From: Gemmatimonadota bacterium
Lineage (GTDB): Bacteria; Gemmatimonadota; Gemmatimonadetes; Palauibacterales; Palauibacteraceae
Reading direction: 5' to 3'
DNA: 41,339 bases
Assembly: GCA_041612005.1 (NCBI GenBank)
Contig: JBFILW010000003.1
Location: 1 to 41,339, forward strand
The translations under genes and the position numbers were made by a program. How positions within the stretch are numbered: the stretch's first letter is position 1; each line of letters starts with the position of its first letter. The notes beneath the pieces were generated by a model that saw only the letters and a program-made list of their open reading frames with translations, was not told the origin of the DNA and searched no databases. Positions 36,824 through 41,339 of the stretch are shown here, in pieces.

Positions 36824-37918
36824 ATGACTAGAAAGCACGTCGGCAAGAGGCAGCCGCGACCGTCGAAGGCGAAGGCCGGATGCGACGAACGCCTCGTCAT
36901 CGACGACGTCGAGGTGATGTCGGCCATCTGTCGATGGTTCTGCGAGGGCAAGACGGCGCAGCAGATGGCCGATCTCGCGAACGAACACCTGCCGCTACGC
37001 ACCCCGATGACGCGGGAGGTGCCCTACAAGCTGCTGCAGAAGGCGGGGCGCATGGGTTGGTTGCATTTCCGTCCCCCGCCGCACGAGAGCCACCGCGAAC
37101 GGCTGCGCGAGCGCTACCACTGGCTGCAGGAGCTGAAGGTCGTGCACAGCGTCGCGCTCGCCGACGTGGCTCGCGAGACCGCAAGAGAGCTGTTGCGGAT
37201 GGCCCGCTCGTGGGCGGGTAAAGAGCTGCATATCGGCATTGCCGGCGGCCACTCCATGCGGGAGCTGGCGAGGGCGCTCGCGCGCGAGCTCTGCGAGCCG
37301 AAGAAGAACCTGCCGGCGACCATCTGGTTTCACGCGCTCGCGGGTGGCTTCGACCCCGGAGACCCGACCACCAACCCGAACGCCTTCTTCAACTATTTCA
37401 GTCAGGATGACATCGTCGACGTCGAGATCCGATTCCACGGTTTGAGCGCACCCGCGATCGTGCCGTCCGACAAGAGCTCCGCCTTCGAGGAAGTCGGCGA
37501 CATCAGGCTGGCGATGGATGCAGTGAAAGACGTCGACATCTTCGTCACCTCCGGCGCCAGCTGGCGGGATCGAGACAGCGCGCTGCGCAAGCGCATGCAG
37601 GACTCGGAGGGGTCGTTCGACGTGCTCGAGAAGGAGGGTTGTGTCGGCGACATGCTGTGGCGCCCGCTCTCCCGCAGCGGCCCGATCAAGACGGCGACCC
37701 TGCTCCGTGCAATGACGCTCGTCGACCTGTCTGACCTGCCGACGCTCATCGCAAACGGGAAGCGGGTGCTGCTGATGGTGTCACCGTGCGGGTTGTGCCA
37801 CGCGCCGAAGGGCGACCTGCTCGACTGCGTCCTGAACCTCGAAGAGCCCTTGATCACCGACCTGGTGGTCGATTCGCGGTCTGCGGGTCAGATGCTCGCA
37901 CGCGAAGGCGGCGCGTGA
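36824..37918 (+). CDS. SorC/DeoR/LsrR-family sugar-binding transcriptional regulator
   Basis: N-terminal HTH (FCEGKTAQQMAD...MTRE..YKLLQKA...GWL); IGIAGGHSM; SAPAIV; DIFVTSG; GCVGD; ITDLVVD. RBS GGAGG. Confidence 0.8.
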   Translation: MTRKHVGKRQPRPSKAKAGCDERLVIDDVEVMSAICRWFCEGKTAQQMADLANEHLPLRTPMTREVPYKLLQKAGRMGWLHFRPPPHESHRERLRERYHWLQELKVVHSVALADVARETARELLRMARSWAGKELHIGIAGGHSMRELARALARELCEPKKNLPATIWFHALAGGFDPGDPTTNPNAFFNYFSQDDIVDVEIRFHGLSAPAIVPSDKSSAFEEVGDIRLAMDAVKDVDIFVTSGASWRDRDSALRKRMQDSEGSFDVLEKEGCVGDMLWRPLSRSGPIKTATLLRAMTLVDLSDLPTLIANGKRVLLMVSPCGLCHAPKGDLLDCVLNLEEPLITDLVVDSRSAGQMLAREGGA

Positions 37919-37922
37919 ATGG

Positions 37923-37994
37923 GATGAGACCGGCTCTGCGCATGGTAGGAAACTAACTCGTGCGCAGGTGGCCGCGGCCGATTGATGCAACGCC
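37923..37994 (+). repeat. Dispersed copy of the IS903-like right end
   Basis: Aligns by eye with 20182-20256 over about 70 bp: GATGA.A.CGG..CTGCGCATGG.AGGA....AACTCGTGC.CAGGTG..CGCGGCCGATTGATGCAAC. Confidence 0.75.
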
Positions 37995-38342
37995 GACAGG
38001 GAGCTGCCTGACGATGGATGGCCGTTGGACTGCGCGGTGGCGAGCGCCGCGCTGCCTCTACCGGTGCCAGGTCGCGAGGACCGGGTCCCGGCGGCCGGAT
38101 TAAGATACTCGCGCGTCGGACCGGTATTCGAGATGGCTCGATTGACGTGCCGTTGGCGCAGCTTTGTATTCACCACGAATCAACCATGCATCATCACGGA
38201 TGACGGCTTCACCCACATGCAGGCTAGTTGTCGCCACTCCTGCGGTAACCGTGAAGGGCCTGCGTAGTACCAACTGTGTACGCAATTTGCATCGGTGCCC
38301 TTGACGATGCAGAACACGTCGCTGCCCGAGGCAGCAGCCTGA

Positions 38343-39482
38343 ATGGCGATCCCGAGAGCGGTGTCTCGCATGGCCACCCTGGAACTGCGATGGCGCTCGA
38401 CTACGGCGCTGGGCCGAGTCGTGCTCTTCATCGTTCTGCTCGTCTCTGCCGGCCTGCGATCGACGGACGCCTTGGCCCAGGACCGGGCTGCTACCGCGGA
38501 CAGTCGATCCTTGCTCATCCGGGGCACTCTGGACGCACCCGCGGTCGAGCCGATCATTCGTGCTTTCCGAGCGCTGCACCCCGCGGTGCGCGTCGAGTAC
38601 GAGGAGCGAAGCTCCATCGAGCTTCACACCCGGTTCCTGCGCGCTGCCGAAAACGGCGAGGCGACCGCCGACCTGGTCATGAGCTCGGCCATCGACCTGC
38701 AGATGAAGCTCGTGAACGACGGTCATGCCCTGGTGCACCATACGCCGCATGCGCGGGCGTTGCCCGAGTGGGCGATCTGGCGCGGGGAGGCCTTCGCGTT
38801 CTCGTTCGAACCCGTGGTAATGGTCTACAACCGGGTACTGCTCCCGCCCGAGCTGCGTCCGACCAGTCGTTACCGACTGGTCGATCTGCTCAGGAACGAC
38901 ACGCAGCGTTTCCAGGGGAGGATAGGCACCTACGATCCGGCGAGGAGCGGGACGGGCTACCTGTATCTTACGCAGGACATGGAACACTCCCCGATCGTAT
39001 GGGAGCTGATCCGTGCGCTCAGCGAGGCAAGCGTGCAGCTCTTCGCAACCTCGAGTAGCGTGATCGACGCGGTCGCCTCAGGCGACCTGCTCATCGGCTA
39101 CAACGTCGTAGGCTCCTACGCGCTCGCGCGCGCCACCTCCGATCCGAGACTGGACGTGATCATGCCGGAGGACTATACGCTCGTGGTCGCTCGCACCGCC
39201 TTCATATCCCGGCACGGAAGACATCCGGACCTCGCCAGGCTGTTCCTCGATTTTCTGCTCTCCCGCAACGGTCAGCAGGTGATCGCCGGCCCTTCCGGCC
39301 TGTTTCCGATCCGCGCGGACGCCGGGGCCGAGTCCATCGCGGATCTGAACCGCAGGACGTTCGGGGGGGCGCGCGCGGTGCGCATGAGCCCCGGGCTGCT
39401 CGTCTACGTCGACCGGCTGAAACGGGAGAAGGTCCTGAGCAGGTGGCGCGACGCCATCCAGGCGGGCGCGCCACTCCCCTGA
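38343..39482 (+). CDS. ABC transporter substrate-binding protein (iron/AfuA-like family, Tct-associated)
   Basis: Signal peptide ending ALA; ADLVMSSAIDLQMKLVNDG, FEPVVMVYN, YDPARSGTGY and YNVVGSYA. Start may be a few codons downstream. Confidence 0.85.
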   Translation: MAIPRAVSRMATLELRWRSTTALGRVVLFIVLLVSAGLRSTDALAQDRAATADSRSLLIRGTLDAPAVEPIIRAFRALHPAVRVEYEERSSIELHTRFLRAAENGEATADLVMSSAIDLQMKLVNDGHALVHHTPHARALPEWAIWRGEAFAFSFEPVVMVYNRVLLPPELRPTSRYRLVDLLRNDTQRFQGRIGTYDPARSGTGYLYLTQDMEHSPIVWELIRALSEASVQLFATSSSVIDAVASGDLLIGYNVVGSYALARATSDPRLDVIMPEDYTLVVARTAFISRHGRHPDLARLFLDFLLSRNGQQVIAGPSGLFPIRADAGAESIADLNRRTFGGARAVRMSPGLLVYVDRLKREKVLSRWRDAIQAGAPLP

Positions 39483-39506
39483 GTGCCAGGGTGGCCGCGA
39501 CCCGGG

Positions 39507-40931
39507 TTACTTCCCGGCTCGGAGCTCTTCCCCCGCACCGGCGGCGGGCGGCAGCGTGACCCGGACCAGCAACCCGCCCGACGCGCCCTCCTCCAATGCG
39601 ACGCCGCCACCGTGGCGCTCCGCCACCTCGCACACGATGGCGAGTCCGAGTCCGCTGCCCTGCTGGTCGGCCCGGGCGCCGCGCTGGAAGCGCTCCAGCA
39701 CGCGCGCACGCTCCGCCGGCGGGATCCCGGGACCGTCGTCCTCCACCTCGAGACACACGAGCCCCTCCCGGACTCCGGAGAGTACGCGCACCGTCACGGA
39801 GGCGCGCGGCGGGCAGTACCGCACGGCGTTGTCCACGAGGTTCTTCACCAGCTCCTGGACGAGCACCGGGTCGGCGTTGACGCGGGCCGACTGGCCATCG
39901 TCCTCGTAGCCCAGGTCAATCTCCTTCGCCAGTGCCGACGGCGCGATCTCACGGGTCACGTCGGCCGCGAGAGCGCGCAGATCGAACACCTCGCGCCGGG
40001 CATCGTCCACCTCGCCGGTGCTGCGGGCGAGGTTCAGGAGCTGATCCGCCAGCCGGGAGGTGCGCCAGGTCGATCCTTGCAGCGCCTCGAGCGCGCGGCG
40101 CAGCACCGGCAGCTCTCGCTCCCGCAGGGCAAGCTCGACCTGCGTGTGCAGCGCCGCCAGCGGCGTGCGCAGCTGGTGCGCCGCGTCGGAGATGAACTGC
40201 TCCATGGAGCGCAGCGTGCGACTGAGGCGCTCCATCAGTTCGTCGATGGAGGACACGAGGTCGCGCACCTCGCGCGGGACCTCGACGTCGAGTGGACGCA
40301 GGTCCTGAGGCGATCGGTCCCGAACCACCTTTCGCAGGCGCGCGAGCGGCGCGAGACCGAACCGCACCCCGAACCAGGTCGCGAGTGCGATGAGCACCAC
40401 CAGCGCGAGCAGGCGCAGCGCCGTGGCGGTGGCGAGCTCCTGCACCAGGCGGTCGCGCTGCCCGCGCGTCTGTGCCACCTGCACCGTGAAACGGCCGCTG
40501 GCCGTCGGTCCGGTGACCGGTTGCGTTAGGGCTCCGACCCGTACCGATTCCCCGAGGTACTCGGCGTCGTAGAAGATCGGGTCGTCCGTCTCGGGCAGAC
40601 GGGCGCCCGGAGGCGGAGGCAGGTCCGCGTAGCCGGTCAGGAGCTCGCCTCCCGGCTCGGCGATCCGGTAGAAGACGCGGTCGTGGGCACTGGTGCGGAG
40701 CATCTCGAGGGCGACGTACGGAAGGTCGACGTCGAGCTGCCCTTCCACGGTCACGACCCGGTCGGCGATGGCCAGCACCGACGCCGCGATGACCCGGTCG
40801 TAGGCGCTGTCGGCGGCCTCGCGTGCGCCCCGGTAGGCGTCGAAGAACAGCACCGTGCTCACCACGAGCATCGGGCCCAGCAGCCACAGGATGAGGCGTC
40901 GGCGAAGGGATCCGACCGTTCGCGTGCTCAT
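39507..40931 (-). CDS. tctE: Sensor histidine kinase, TctE-like
   Basis: SLRRRL..WLLGP; AYDR; VDLPYVALEML sensor domain; H-box DAAHQLRTPL; NLVDNAVRY, VEDDGPGI and GSGLGL. ATGA overlap with the regulator. Confidence 0.88.
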   Translation of the reverse strand: MSTRTVGSLRRRLILWLLGPMLVVSTVLFFDAYRGAREAADSAYDRVIAASVLAIADRVVTVEGQLDVDLPYVALEMLRTSAHDRVFYRIAEPGGELLTGYADLPPPPGARLPETDDPIFYDAEYLGESVRVGALTQPVTGPTASGRFTVQVAQTRGQRDRLVQELATATALRLLALVVLIALATWFGVRFGLAPLARLRKVVRDRSPQDLRPLDVEVPREVRDLVSSIDELMERLSRTLRSMEQFISDAAHQLRTPLAALHTQVELALRERELPVLRRALEALQGSTWRTSRLADQLLNLARSTGEVDDARREVFDLRALAADVTREIAPSALAKEIDLGYEDDGQSARVNADPVLVQELVKNLVDNAVRYCPPRASVTVRVLSGVREGLVCLEVEDDGPGIPPAERARVLERFQRGARADQQGSGLGLAIVCEVAERHGGGVALEEGASGGLLVRVTLPPAAGAGEELRAGK

Positions 40932-41338
40932 GCCTTGAGCACGTAGCCGAGGCCCCGCACCGTCTGGATTTCGATGTCGCCGGCCGCCAGCTTCTTGCGC
41001 AGCCGCGACACGTAGAGCTCGATCGCATTCGGACTCGCCTCGTCGTCGAACGAGAAGAGCTGGGAGGCGATCTGCTCCTTGCTCACGACCTTGCCGGCGC
41101 GCGTCATCAGGACCTCGAGCACGCACAGCTCGCGCCGCGGCAGGTTCAGGGGCTCACCGGCCAGGCTCGCCTGGCGGTTGGTGGAGTCGAGGACGAGCGG
41201 ACCGAGCTCGAGCAGACCGCTCGCGCGCCCCTGGCTGCGGCGGAGCAGCGCGCGCACGCGCGCTTCCAGCTCGGACAGCTCGAACGGCTTCCCGAGGTAG
41301 TCGTCGGCGCCGAGGTCCAGCCCCTTGACCCGCGATTC
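40928..41338 (-). CDS. tctD: OmpR-family response regulator, TctD-like (5' end outside window)
   Basis: RVKGLDLGADDYLGKPF...ELEARVRALLRR; winged helix NAIELYVSRLRKKL...TVRGLGY. Confidence 0.88.
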   Translation of the reverse strand, partial: ESRVKGLDLGADDYLGKPFELSELEARVRALLRRSQGRASGLLELGPLVLDSTNRQASLAGEPLNLPRRELCVLEVLMTRAGKVVSKEQIASQLFSFDDEASPNAIELYVSRLRKKLAAGDIEIQTVRGLGYVLKA

Positions 41339-41339
41339 G

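Noticed and set aside
1-41339. CRISPR array, rRNA or integrase gene
   Set aside because: No regularly spaced direct repeats, rRNA-like sequence or recombinase motifs were seen.

Overview
GC-rich bacterial window; TctDE, a Tat-exported TRAP binding protein and a PEP-CTERM-like tail suggest a Gram-negative host (inference). (1) 1-17.9 kb: metabolic and transport genes: merT and merC, a TRAP transporter, an LLM oxidoreductase, a ferredoxin-cyclase-Rieske fusion, an orphan CoxL/XdhA-like subunit, an SDR, and a PhyH / CitE-like / SELENBP1-like / ferredoxin / CoA-binding cluster. (2) About 18.1-27.1 kb: island-like DNA, visibly less GC-rich. It starts at a degenerate tRNA-Lys 3' fragment and carries a truncated MNT, two secreted repeat proteins, an LRR-Roc/COR-TIR protein, broken methyltransferases and IS5/IS903-like debris. 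(3) 27.1-38.0 kb, the highlight: a tightly coupled 11-gene minus-strand operon, in order FHA-RING, E1, E2, unknown, Ubl, JAB, ARC/Mpa-like AAA ATPase, Ubl, E2, JAB, E1. It thus holds two complete ubiquitin-like conjugation modules plus a candidate E3 and a proteasomal-type unfoldase. It is divergent from a SorC/DeoR-family regulator and bracketed by IS903-like end remnants. (4) 38.3-41.3 kb: an ABC substrate-binding protein and TctE/TctD. All calls come from motifs read by eye; no database searches were run.
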